Assembly: GCA_965215185.1 (NCBI GenBank)
Contig: OZ244034.1
Coordinates: 1,439,569 to 1,503,568 of the forward strand
Length of the DNA stretch: 64,000 nucleotides
Reading direction: 5' to 3'
Source: Acidimicrobiia bacterium
GTDB taxonomy: Bacteria; Actinomycetota; Acidimicrobiia; Spongiisociales; ZC4RG35
Part shown: in pieces, positions 1 through 9,486 of the stretch
How positions within the stretch are numbered: the first letter of the stretch is position 1
Layout of the letters: each line of letters begins with the position of its first letter
Position numbers and translations under genes: made by a program
Notes under the pieces: generated by a model
Databases searched by the model: none
Told to the model about the DNA's origin: nothing
What the model saw: only the letters and a program-made list of their open reading frames with translations

Positions 1-183
1 TCTGATCTGACAGTCAGGCTGATCTTCGTTCGACCCACCACCTCCCACATCGGGCATACTCCCAAGCCGGCCGACACCGGAAAGCTAACCTCCGAGAATG
101 GACGAATCCTCGCCAGCCGCAACCCACCGGGGTCATTTGTCCCCATCCCCCACCAGACCTAAGAGAACAGGATCGTTCGACCG

Positions 184-1203
184 GTGAACCCAACCACCAA
201 GGGGACACTGTGGGCCGTCAACGCGGTCGTCACCGGCTCTTGGCTACCCCTGTTGTACCTCTTCACCCATATCAGCGACGACCCCTTCGTGTGGCGCTCC
301 TGGTCATTCGCATTCCAGGTGATGGCGTTGGCCCCGTTGTTCCTCCTGGTTCCAACCGCCAACAAACAGTGGAGAGAGAAGGCCCGCAAGCTGCTGTTCT
401 ACTGGGGAGACAGCGGAGAACCCGTTCGCATCCGAAACCCGATAGAGGTGGTGCGCACCCCGGCGTTCTGGATGGTTATCTCTTATGCTCTCGACCTGGC
501 GTTTTGGGTTTGGGCGGCGACTCTGATCGATCCGCTGGTCGTGACCATCATCTTCCAACTCTTGCTGATTGGAATGGTGTGGTTGGCGGCCAGACTAGGC
601 CGGAGGATATCGGCTGGAGACCGAACCTCCCCGCACGTCATAGGGCGCAAGCACTGGATGCTGATGACCCTCTCCTTCCTGGGCGCCGCCCTGGTCATCT
701 GGGCGGAGACCGGCGAGGTCAAGACACTGAATTGGCTGGGTATAGGCGTAGCCCTCGCCGGGGTTGCAACCGCCACCGGAAGTCTGTGGGGAACCGTCTC
801 CACCGGACGCATCATGGGGTGGCCCGGCAGCAACGCCCACGACCTGGTGTGGAACGCCACTTTCTCGGCGGTGGCCGGGCGGATCCTGGCCCTCCCTCTG
901 ACCCTGTTAGGAAGCGTCCTGTTTTTCCCGCCATCTGACAACAACTTCGATCTCACCTGGACCACGGTGGGTCTCCTAAGCCTGATGGGAGCGCTTAACG
1001 CGTCGGGAGCGCTCAGTCACCGATATTCCCTGTATGTGACCTCTAGTTTGAGCGTCCAGCGGATCATGTTTTTCTCTCCGGTCCTTCAAATGCTCTGGAT
1101 ATGGATGTTCGCCGATATCTCCATCGCCAACCCCCAAGCCCTACTAGTCGGCGCCGGGATCGTGCTCCTCTCCAATTTTGGATGGCAGAGCAAACGTATA
1201 TGA
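184..1203 (+). CDS. Polytopic integral membrane protein, about 10 predicted TM helices, unknown family (paralog A of a tandem pair)
   Basis: 339-aa ORF starting at GTG 184; hydrophobic segments throughout; about 70% identical to the next ORF. Confidence 0.55.
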   Translation: MNPTTKGTLWAVNAVVTGSWLPLLYLFTHISDDPFVWRSWSFAFQVMALAPLFLLVPTANKQWREKARKLLFYWGDSGEPVRIRNPIEVVRTPAFWMVISYALDLAFWVWAATLIDPLVVTIIFQLLLIGMVWLAARLGRRISAGDRTSPHVIGRKHWMLMTLSFLGAALVIWAETGEVKTLNWLGIGVALAGVATATGSLWGTVSTGRIMGWPGSNAHDLVWNATFSAVAGRILALPLTLLGSVLFFPPSDNNFDLTWTTVGLLSLMGALNASGALSHRYSLYVTSSLSVQRIMFFSPVLQMLWIWMFADISIANPQALLVGAGIVLLSNFGWQSKRI

Positions 1204-1469
1204 CCCCGAATCCAGACACGAACTAAAGTTGCACCCCGAATCGAGGTCCACCACCGATGTAGGGGCTCTACGGAGCATGGGTAGCGCAAGCGAATCACCT
1301 CCCTTTGGATCTAACCATCGGCGGACCCGACCCTCCCACACCGGCGCGCACTTACCGCACCAAGGGACCCCGAAAAGCTAACCTCAAAAACACAGAGGCG
1401 CGCTGGCGGCTGCCTAACGCGGTTGTGTCGCCAGCCCTAACCAGAGCAGGGACCAGGACAGTTCGATCA

Positions 1470-2489
1470 GTGAACCCAAACACCAGGGGGACATTGTGGG
1501 CTGTGAGCGCGGTTGTCTCCCTCTCCTGGCTACCCCTGTTCTATCTCTATACCCACGTCAGCGACGATCCCTTTGTGTGGCGCTCTTGGTCGTTCGTCTT
1601 CCAGGCGGCCGGGTTGGTTCCGGTGCTCTTCGTGGTTCCGACCCAGAACAAGAACTGGAGAAAGAAGGCTGGCAAGCTGCTGTTCTACTGGGGAGACAGC
1701 GGAGAACCGGTTCGCGTGAGAAACCTGATGGAGGTGGCGCGAACCCCGGCGTTCTGGATGGCGATCGGCTTCGCTCTCGACCTGGCCTTCTGGGTTTGGG
1801 CTGCTACCCTGATCGACCCGCTGGTGGTGACCATCATCTTCCAATTGGCGTTTGTCGGAATAGTGTGGATGGCGGCCAGGTTGGGCAGGAAGATATCGGC
1901 TGGAGACCGCACCTCCCCGCATGTCATAAGCAGGAAGCACTGGACCCTGATGGCCTTCTCCTTCCTGGGCGCCGCACTGGTCATCTGGTCGGAGACCGGC
2001 GAGGTCATAACCCTGAACTGGCTGGGAATAGCCGTGGCCTTTGCTGGCACCGCCACTGGCGTCTGGAGTCTGTGGGGAACCATCTCCCTCGGACGCCTGA
2101 TGGGGTGGCCCGGGGATGACCCGAACGATCTGGTTTGGAACTCCACTTTTGCGGCGGTGGCCGCGAGGGTTCTTGCCCTGCCCCTGACATTGGTGGGAAG
2201 CGTCCTGTTCTTCCCACCAACCGAAAACCGCTTCGACTTCACCTGGACAACGTTCGGTTTCCTGATCCTGATAGGAGTTTTCAACATGTCGGGATCGCTC
2301 AGCTACCGATACTCCATGTATGTGACCTCCAGTTTGAGCGTCCAACGGATCATGTTCTTCACCCCCATCCTCCAGATGCTTTGGATATGGATCTTCGCCG
2401 ATGTTTCCATCGCCCACCCCCAAGCCCTAATGATCGGCGCTGGGATCGTACTCCTCTCCAATCTGGGTGCGCAGAGCAAATCCGCGTGA
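1470..2489 (+). CDS. Polytopic integral membrane protein (paralog B); start placed at in-frame GTG 1470 to match paralog A
   Basis: ORF 1305..2489; homology to paralog A begins at SVNPNTRGTLWAV; upstream motif gttcga-cagtgaaccc is conserved before both genes. Confidence 0.55.
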   Translation: MNPNTRGTLWAVSAVVSLSWLPLFYLYTHVSDDPFVWRSWSFVFQAAGLVPVLFVVPTQNKNWRKKAGKLLFYWGDSGEPVRVRNLMEVARTPAFWMAIGFALDLAFWVWAATLIDPLVVTIIFQLAFVGIVWMAARLGRKISAGDRTSPHVISRKHWTLMAFSFLGAALVIWSETGEVITLNWLGIAVAFAGTATGVWSLWGTISLGRLMGWPGDDPNDLVWNSTFAAVAARVLALPLTLVGSVLFFPPTENRFDFTWTTFGFLILIGVFNMSGSLSYRYSMYVTSSLSVQRIMFFTPILQMLWIWIFADVSIAHPQALMIGAGIVLLSNLGAQSKSA

Positions 2490-2568
2490 CCCGGCCTTCT
2501 ACAACCTGATCGCACCGCTACCTATTTAACAGAGCGCGGCGTGGGCAAGGTCCCTTGTTGAGCCCTGG

Positions 2569-4110
2569 TTGTATCGTTCTGAGGCGATGCCTGAGCTAAT
2601 AACCGATCTCTTGGACCGCTCAGCCCGGCTCTATCCCGACCGGTGCGCAGTGCGGATCGTGGGAGGGCCTTCCCTCACCTACGGGCAGTTGGCCCAACGG
2701 GTGGATAACGTGGCCGGTGTCCTGGTCCGAATGGGGGTGGGGAGGGGCGACCGGGTAGCGGTGATGGCTCCCGCCGGACTGGCCTTTTTTGACGCTTATC
2801 TGGGAGCGGCCCGGCTGGGCGCCGCGGCGGTTCCCTTCTCCACCCGCCTGGCCCCAGCCGAAATCGCCCGACAATTGGCCGACGCCGATCCTCAAGTTGC
2901 CATCGTGGGAGCCGAATATGGCGAGAAGATGGCGCAGGTCTGCGGTGATGGCATGAATCTGATCGAACACGACGGCCCCGAATACCGGCGCATGCTTTCT
3001 TCGTCTGACCCAGCTCCCATCTCCGCTCGCTCCGAGAACACCGCCCTCATCATCTACACCAGCGGCACCACCGGCGATCCCAAGGGAGTGTGCCTATCTC
3101 ACGCCGCTCTCACTTTCAACGCCCACGTAACTGCTGTGTCTCAAGAACTCCTCCCCTCCGATGTCTACCTCTCCGCTACTCCCCTCTACCATGCCTCGGC
3201 CGGTTTGCGGGTGACCACCATGTTGGTGGACGGGCAAACCCATGTGGTGCTTCCCTCCTTCGATCCAGATACCACCATGTCGGCAGTATCCGATTATGGG
3301 ATCACCACCACCATCATGGTGTCCACCCAGTTGCAAAGGATGCTGGATTCACCCAAATTCGATCCTGACCGCTTCCGCTCCATGCGGCTTCTGTTGTACG
3401 GCGCTGCCTCCACCCGCTCGAACCTGGTGCAGAGGATGATGTCGGTCCTCCCATGTGGCCTGTACCACGGGTACGGGCTGACCGAAGCCACCGCGGTGTG
3501 CTCGGCCCTGGGACCGGAGGACCATCAACAGATAGTGAAGGGGGACTCTGGACGACTGTCCTGCGGCCGTCCCATCGAGGGGGTGGACATCGACATAAGA
3601 ACTCCCGAAGGCAAACAGACTGAACCCCAAGAGGTGGGGGAATTGCTGGTGCGCACTCCCAAACTGATGTCCGGCTACTGGAGACAGCCCGAGGCCACCG
3701 CCCAAGCAATCCGCAACGGTTGGCTTCACACAGGAGATCTCGGATACCGGGACGAGCAAGGGTTCCTGTACTTGTCCGGACGCATCAAAGAGTTGATCAT
3801 CAGCGGAGGCGTGAACATCCATCCGCCGCAAATAGAGGACACCCTCTCCCATCACCCCCGGGTGGCGGAGGTGGCGGTGATCGGTCTCCCTGATCACCTG
3901 TGGGGCGAGGCGGTGACGGCAGTGGTCGTTCCCCGCCCCGGTCCTGCCCCGACCCTTGAGAATCTCGCCGACTGGGTGGGCGCCCGGCTCGCCTCCCATA
4001 TGAAACCCAAGCAACTGATACTCACCGACCGGCTGCCACGGGGCCCAACCGGTAAGGTGCAAAAGCATTTGCTGGTCGAGATACACACCGACAGAGAGGA
4101 CGGCCAATGA
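2569..4110 (+). CDS. AMP-dependent acyl-CoA synthetase / fatty-acid--CoA ligase
   Basis: AMP-binding signature IYTSGTTGDPKGV plus YGLTE and the C-terminal GKV lysine motif; 513 aa; true start may be M at 2587. Confidence 0.8.
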   Translation: MYRSEAMPELITDLLDRSARLYPDRCAVRIVGGPSLTYGQLAQRVDNVAGVLVRMGVGRGDRVAVMAPAGLAFFDAYLGAARLGAAAVPFSTRLAPAEIARQLADADPQVAIVGAEYGEKMAQVCGDGMNLIEHDGPEYRRMLSSSDPAPISARSENTALIIYTSGTTGDPKGVCLSHAALTFNAHVTAVSQELLPSDVYLSATPLYHASAGLRVTTMLVDGQTHVVLPSFDPDTTMSAVSDYGITTTIMVSTQLQRMLDSPKFDPDRFRSMRLLLYGAASTRSNLVQRMMSVLPCGLYHGYGLTEATAVCSALGPEDHQQIVKGDSGRLSCGRPIEGVDIDIRTPEGKQTEPQEVGELLVRTPKLMSGYWRQPEATAQAIRNGWLHTGDLGYRDEQGFLYLSGRIKELIISGGVNIHPPQIEDTLSHHPRVAEVAVIGLPDHLWGEAVTAVVVPRPGPAPTLENLADWVGARLASHMKPKQLILTDRLPRGPTGKVQKHLLVEIHTDREDGQ

Positions 4111-5210
4111 TCGCTAGAGCCCTCCACGAACAACCGACTCCCGCTCTGGTCATAGACACGGCGGTGATGGAACGGAACATCGCCGAAATGGCGCAACGGA
4201 TGAAAGACCTGGGAGTGGCGCTTCGGCCCCATTGGAAGACTTCCAAGATGGTGGAAGTCGCCCGCCTACAGAGCCAGGCAGGATGTGTGGGTTTCACATG
4301 CGCCACCCCGGCCGAGGTGGAGTGTCTCCTCGATCATGGATTTACCGACATCACTTGGGCTCATCAACCGGCGGGAGGTCCGAAGGTCGCCTTTGCATTG
4401 GAGGCCAACCGGCGGGGGCGGGTGCGGGTGGCGCTTGACTCTCTCGAGGTGGCTGCACCCCTGGCAAGAGCCGGCACGACGGCAGGAGTCGTGATTCCCT
4501 ATCTGATTGAGGTGGACACCGGACTGGGGCGGGCAGGAATCTCCCCTGATCAAGTGGTGAGCATGGCAGGCAGGATGGCTCGATTGGATGGCCTGCAGTT
4601 TGAGGGGATTATCACCCACGCAGGACACTTGAGCGGCTTCGGGGACAACCGGTCAGGCCTGGAAGCTGAGGGCCGAGCGGTGGGAAGGACCATGGTGAGA
4701 GTCGCTCAGGCGCTTAGCAATGCCGGTTTTCAGGTGTCGGTGGTGTCGGTGGGATCCACCCCGGGTTCCACCTCCACTCCCACCGTGCCGGGAGTCACCG
4801 AAGCCCGTCCCGGCACCTACGTGTTCAATGACGCCAACCAAGTGACGGTGGGAAGCACCACCCTTTCGGGGTGCGCCCTGACGGTGGCTGCCCGGGTGGT
4901 GAGCACTCCTCGATCCGGGGAGGCGATTATCGATGCAGGGAGCAAGTCAATGAGTTCTGACGGGCCTAGCTCCGGGGTCAGTTTTGGAAGAGTGTTGACC
5001 GAGGACGGCGCTTACGCCGATATCAGTTTCCACCGAGCCAACGAGGAGCACGGCTTCTTGCAAGGAACCGGCGTGGAGACACTCAAGGTAGGCGATATGG
5101 TGCGCATCGTTCCCAACCATGCCTGCGCCACGGTCAACATGTGGAGCCAGGCGCTGGTGATCGGGGATGACGGAACCCTTGATGAGTGGAGAGTCCGAGC
5201 CCGCCGCTGA
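4107..5210 (+). CDS. PLP-dependent alanine-racemase-fold protein, D-serine dehydratase-like / D-threonine aldolase family
   Basis: N-terminal PHWKTSKM (PLP-lysine context of fold-type III enzymes); 367 aa; ATGA start/stop overlap with upstream gene. Confidence 0.6.
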   Translation: MIARALHEQPTPALVIDTAVMERNIAEMAQRMKDLGVALRPHWKTSKMVEVARLQSQAGCVGFTCATPAEVECLLDHGFTDITWAHQPAGGPKVAFALEANRRGRVRVALDSLEVAAPLARAGTTAGVVIPYLIEVDTGLGRAGISPDQVVSMAGRMARLDGLQFEGIITHAGHLSGFGDNRSGLEAEGRAVGRTMVRVAQALSNAGFQVSVVSVGSTPGSTSTPTVPGVTEARPGTYVFNDANQVTVGSTTLSGCALTVAARVVSTPRSGEAIIDAGSKSMSSDGPSSGVSFGRVLTEDGAYADISFHRANEEHGFLQGTGVETLKVGDMVRIVPNHACATVNMWSQALVIGDDGTLDEWRVRARR

Positions 5211-5231
5211 TCGGGCCGGACAGAAAGCCGC

Positions 5232-6374
5232 TTATCTCAGCCAGGCCGCCAGGCCTGCGAGCAGACGGTCGATGTCGTCCTGGGTGTTCCACATGTGCAC
5301 CGAGACCCGCACCGAGTTGCCTCTCACGGAGACATAAACCGACCGGGAGGCCAGTTCCGTTACCAGGGACCGGGGATCCGCCCCTTCGGGGAGCCGCAAC
5401 CCCATCAGGTGAGCGCTTCGAAACTCACTATCGGGAGCAATCAATCCCAGCGACGCCGACTCGACGGCAAGGCGGTCGGTGAGCAATCGGCTATGAGCTG
5501 ACAGACGCTCGCTACCCACCCCTGCCACGATCTCAAGACCCTGGCAGGCGGCCTCGGTCAACCATAGGTTCCAAGACTGGCCAGCATCGTAGCGCCGCGC
5601 CCCGGAAGCCAACTCCCAGCGGTACTCGTTCACCCTTGAGAAGTCCTCGCTGCCCGCCCGGGCCATCCAATTGGCGTCCAGCGGCCTCCCCTCCCGGTTT
5701 TCGGGCGAGGCCCACAGATACGACATTCCCGGTGGACCCAAAAGCCACTTGTATCCCACAGAAACCAAAAAGTCGGGACGGACACTCTCAACATCGAAAG
5801 GCGCCATCCCCAAACTCTGGGAAATGTCCAACACCAGCCCGGCGCCCACCGAGCGGGTCGACTCCCCCAGCCTCTCCAAGTCCAATCGGGTCCCGTCAGT
5901 CCAGTGACAGGCCGGAATGGACACCACCGAAACCGATTCATCCAGGCGGTCCAGCACCGCAGCAGTCCAGTCGTCGTCAGATGGCCGCTTGACAAAGACC
6001 GGCTTAGCCCCCCGCTCCGTCCAGGGATACACCATGGCGGGGAACTGTTCCTCCAGCATCAACACCCGGTCGCCGTCTCCCACACACAGCGCCGCCGCGG
6101 CGGTGGCAACGCCATAACTGGCGGAGGACACCAGCGCCACGCCTTCCGCATCTGCTCCCACCAGTGACGAAACCAATTTTCTGATCCGGTTTCCCGGGGC
6201 GAAGAAGTCCGAGACCGCCACCTCCCCCAGGGGTCGGTTGACAGCTGCGTTCACCGCCTGTGCCACCGGCTTGGCCCGGGCGCCCAGGTAAGCGCTATTC
6301 AACCATGCCACATCCCCATCGAGATCGAACAAATCCCGAATCGGTAGCTCCAAACTCGAATATGGCGAGGTCAT
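5232..6374 (-). CDS. Class V aminotransferase / isopenicillin-N-epimerase-like PLP enzyme
   Basis: 380-aa ORF, clean coding frame, fold-type I aminotransferase-like layout. Confidence 0.6.
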   Translation of the reverse strand: MTSPYSSLELPIRDLFDLDGDVAWLNSAYLGARAKPVAQAVNAAVNRPLGEVAVSDFFAPGNRIRKLVSSLVGADAEGVALVSSASYGVATAAAALCVGDGDRVLMLEEQFPAMVYPWTERGAKPVFVKRPSDDDWTAAVLDRLDESVSVVSIPACHWTDGTRLDLERLGESTRSVGAGLVLDISQSLGMAPFDVESVRPDFLVSVGYKWLLGPPGMSYLWASPENREGRPLDANWMARAGSEDFSRVNEYRWELASGARRYDAGQSWNLWLTEAACQGLEIVAGVGSERLSAHSRLLTDRLAVESASLGLIAPDSEFRSAHLMGLRLPEGADPRSLVTELASRSVYVSVRGNSVRVSVHMWNTQDDIDRLLAGLAAWLR

Positions 6375-6380
6375 CGAAAC

Positions 6381-6680
6381 CTATAGGTCAGTGGGATAGA
6401 CCAAGGCAAGATCCGAAAAAGCCACCCCTTGCGAATTCAGCCGGGAGGAGATCATCCCTGCGAACATTTGTCTGGGAATCAGACAGTCCTCGCAGGCATC
6501 GGGGCCGGCCACTATCTCCACCCGCAGGCTTCCGGCGCTCGACAGGCTCACATCCAAGGTATAACCATCGGCGGCCAACCCAAAGACGAAAGGCCGCAAC
6601 GCGGAAACCGCCGATTCCACATCAGGATGCAACTCTGTGCTCACAGTCTCCGTAGGGTAGCCTTCGGCTATACCCCGCAA
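6381..6680 (-). CDS. Small CxxC-containing protein (possible NifU/Nfu-like)
   Basis: 99 aa with a CEDC motif; 6 bp from the aminotransferase stop. Confidence 0.35.
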   Translation of the reverse strand: MRGIAEGYPTETVSTELHPDVESAVSALRPFVFGLAADGYTLDVSLSSAGSLRVEIVAGPDACEDCLIPRQMFAGMISSRLNSQGVAFSDLALVYPTDL

Positions 6681-6687
6681 ATGGGTA

Positions 6688-7446
6688 GTGTCTTGCCCGG
6701 CAAAGAGTTCCCAGTCTCTTGGTCAGCGTCTTGGCGCTGGCCCCCTCCGGCAAGAGGTCGAATCTTTGGCAAACAAAAACCCTCCCACCCTTCACATACC
6801 CACGGTGTTCGTTGAAGGCCTCAGGGTCTTTTTCGAGCATCAGACAGCCCTTCTGGTCCGGTCCCTTTATCTGTTAGCCGTGCCGTCTGTGGTCCTGGTG
6901 GTGTGGCAAGCCAGCGAAGACACCCGCGACAGCAATCCTCTCTTCTTCTGGGTTTACCTGTTGATATGGTTCGGGAGCTTTGCCGTGGCCGGATATGCGG
7001 GCTGGCCGCTCGCCCGCACCGTCCTGGCAGCCGCTTCACCAGAAGCCGATCCCAGCCTCCACGGTGACGATTGGTGGGTGCGAGACGGATTCGTGCGAGC
7101 AACTGCGGTTTTCTCCTTCACTGTGGCGGTGGGAACGGTTTTCCTGGTGATTCCGGGGCTGATGGTGCTGATGATCTACACGTTTTATCCCTTCTTGATC
7201 GTGGAACGCAAGGCCAAAGGCTTTTCGGCGCTAGCCGCAAGCTCCGAGCTCACCACCGGGAACCGCATGCGACTTCTTGGTTTGGTGCTGATCCTCACGC
7301 TGCTTTTTGTCCCCGCCGGGTGGTTGTTCTATCTGTGGGGTCCCGGCACGACGGGAATCGTCGCCATGTGGGCGTTGGGCGCTCCGGCACTGTCGGTGGC
7401 GGCGGCAACCATGGCATCGGCCTACCGGACGATCCTTAACACTTAA
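6688..7446 (+). CDS. Hypothetical membrane protein
   Basis: Several hydrophobic helices; true start probably downstream of 6688. Confidence 0.4.
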   Translation: MSCPAKSSQSLGQRLGAGPLRQEVESLANKNPPTLHIPTVFVEGLRVFFEHQTALLVRSLYLLAVPSVVLVVWQASEDTRDSNPLFFWVYLLIWFGSFAVAGYAGWPLARTVLAAASPEADPSLHGDDWWVRDGFVRATAVFSFTVAVGTVFLVIPGLMVLMIYTFYPFLIVERKAKGFSALAASSELTTGNRMRLLGLVLILTLLFVPAGWLFYLWGPGTTGIVAMWALGAPALSVAAATMASAYRTILNT

Positions 7447-7530
7447 ATCAATTCAGCGCATTAGTTGCGCTAACCGGAGTCCATCCTCTATGGTTATGAG
7501 TGCATGCACCCTTATTTAGAAGGAGGAAAG

Positions 7531-8625
7531 ATGCTCGCACGTCTACAGAAGTTTGGTGGATTTATGGCGGGTATGGTCATTCCCAACATTGGGGCGTTTA
7601 TCGCCTGGGGACTGATCACCGCCTTTTTCATTCCCACCGGATGGACTCCCAATGACACTATTTTGGAGCTCGTAGGTCCCATCATTGTCTTCCTGCTGCC
7701 AATCCTTATTGGGTACACAGGCGGCAAGATGGTTTACGGTCACCGGGGAGGCGTAATGGGATCCCTCGCCACCATGGGAATCATCATCGGAGCCGACTTC
7801 GTCTTGGAGAGCGGCGCCACCGGCGACCCACCCCAGTTCCTGGGCGCGATGGTGGTCGGTCCGGCGGCCGCCTGGCTGATCATGAAACTCGACGAAGCCA
7901 TGGAAAACAAGATCCCGGTCGGATTCGAGATGCTGTACAACAACTTCTCGGCTGGCATCCTCGGCGCCATCCTGGCCATCATCGGCCAATGGATTATGGG
8001 GCCGATCATGGCTGGTATCGCCAATTTCTTCGGAAACCTGGTGGACTGGATCACCGACGCCGGAATCCTGCCTCTGGCTGACATACCCATTGAAGTTGGA
8101 AAGGTGTTGTTCCTGAACAATGCCATAAACCACGGAATCTTGGGCCCATTGGGCGTGGATGAGGCTGCCGAAACCGGTCGCTCCATCTATTTCCTGCTGG
8201 AGACTAACCCCGGGCCCGGTCTTGGTTTGCTGTTGGCCTACTGGTTCGCCGGTAAGGGTCTGGCCAAGCTGTCCGCCCCCGGCGCCATTGTGATTCACTT
8301 CTTCGGTGGGATCCATGAGATCTATTTCCCTTATATCCTCATGCATCCAATCATGATTCTGTCGGTCTGGGCCGGCGGCATCCTCGCCGACATCATCTTC
8401 GTGATATTCGATGCGGGATTAACTGCCACGCCTTCACCAGGCTCCATCTTCGCCTACCTGGCAGTGATGCCCAAGGGGCAACACTTCCCGGTCTTACTAG
8501 GAGTGGTAGCCGCAGCGGCCGCCGCCTTCGTAGTAGGAACCCTGCTATTGCGGATCTCCCCCGTCAAGGAGCAGGAGGGCATAGAAGACATGATCGGTAC
8601 TATGCCAGGTGTCGCCACCGGCTAG
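7531..8625 (+). CDS. mtlA: PTS mannitol-specific EIIC component
   Basis: FGGFMAGMVIPNIGAFIAWGLITAFFIPTGW, LFLNNAINHGIL and GGIHEIYFPY match E. coli MtlA EIIC almost residue for residue; RBS aggagg precedes ATG 7531. Confidence 0.85.
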   Translation: MLARLQKFGGFMAGMVIPNIGAFIAWGLITAFFIPTGWTPNDTILELVGPIIVFLLPILIGYTGGKMVYGHRGGVMGSLATMGIIIGADFVLESGATGDPPQFLGAMVVGPAAAWLIMKLDEAMENKIPVGFEMLYNNFSAGILGAILAIIGQWIMGPIMAGIANFFGNLVDWITDAGILPLADIPIEVGKVLFLNNAINHGILGPLGVDEAAETGRSIYFLLETNPGPGLGLLLAYWFAGKGLAKLSAPGAIVIHFFGGIHEIYFPYILMHPIMILSVWAGGILADIIFVIFDAGLTATPSPGSIFAYLAVMPKGQHFPVLLGVVAAAAAAFVVGTLLLRISPVKEQEGIEDMIGTMPGVATG

Positions 8626-8708
8626 AACCAAACCAACACTCGTATAAAGTGGGGAGAGTCTCTTACCGAGACTCTCCCCACTTCCTTAACCGAAAGGCCT
8701 TCATAGAC

Positions 8709-9032
8709 ATGAGTCCAGTAACAAAACCCGCGGCGGAGGTCAACTGGATTGTTTTGGCTTGCGAAGCCGGGATGGGTTCCAGCCTCATGGTCACCAACGC
8801 CCTCAAGAAGAAAATCAAAAAGGCCAAACTCGATATAAAGGTCAGCCATGCCCCGGTGCATGGCATACCGGACGCCGCCGATGTGGTGGTTACTCACACC
8901 GGTCTCGCCACCCGTGTCAAGCAGGTCGCCCCCCAAGCCGCCGTGGTCCCCTTCAGAACCTTCTTGAATGACCCCGCCCTGACCCAGTTGGTGAATGCGC
9001 TCTCCACCGGCCAGGATGTTGTAGGGATCTGA
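8709..9032 (+). CDS. PTS mannitol EIIB domain protein (separate polypeptide)
   Basis: IVLACEAGMGSSLM matches the MtlA EIIB phosphocysteine motif (IVACDAGMGSSAM). Confidence 0.75.
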   Translation: MSPVTKPAAEVNWIVLACEAGMGSSLMVTNALKKKIKKAKLDIKVSHAPVHGIPDAADVVVTHTGLATRVKQVAPQAAVVPFRTFLNDPALTQLVNALSTGQDVVGI

Positions 9033-9036
9033 GCAG

Positions 9037-9486
9037 GTGATGGCAGAGAGGTCAGTCACCTCGGTGGAAGCCATCACCCTGGGCGAGCAGGGGCTAACCC
9101 AAAAAGAGGCCATCGATCGAGTATCGGGCATGCTGTTCGACCTGGGAGCGGTAGAGGCTGGCTACGGAGCGTCAATGATGGCCCGCGAAGAGGTGATCTC
9201 CACCTACCTGGGCAACGGGATCGCTCTCCCCCACTGCACCTACGAAGACAAAGACCTGATCAAACGCACCGCCCTGGTTCTGGCTCAGTACCCCGCCGGC
9301 ATCCCTTGGGATGATGAGGACGACATAGCTCATCTGGTGTTCGGACTGGCGGCGGTGGGCGAAGAGCATCTGGCGGTGATGTCTCATCTAGCTGAAGTGT
9401 TGGACGACGAGGATCTGTGCGATCGGCTGGCGGTGGCAACCGACGAAAACTATGTCCGGGAGACCCTGGCCGCCCCTCCGGAATGA
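9037..9486 (+). CDS. mtlF: PTS mannitol EIIA component
   Basis: GNGIALPHCT phosphohistidine motif of EIIA-Mtl; 149 aa. Confidence 0.75.
   Translation: MMAERSVTSVEAITLGEQGLTQKEAIDRVSGMLFDLGAVEAGYGASMMAREEVISTYLGNGIALPHCTYEDKDLIKRTALVLAQYPAGIPWDDEDDIAHLVFGLAAVGEEHLAVMSHLAEVLDDEDLCDRLAVATDENYVRETLAAPPE

Noticed and set aside
1530-2423. 297-aa minus-strand ORF antisense to membrane paralog B; similar long ORFs at 9626..10669, 11970..12722, 26717..28006, 53156..53866 and 35568..36128
   Set aside because: Antisense and overlapping frames of strongly supported genes in high-GC DNA. Gly/Arg/Pro-rich, low-complexity translations without motifs. Typical GC-driven spurious ORFs.
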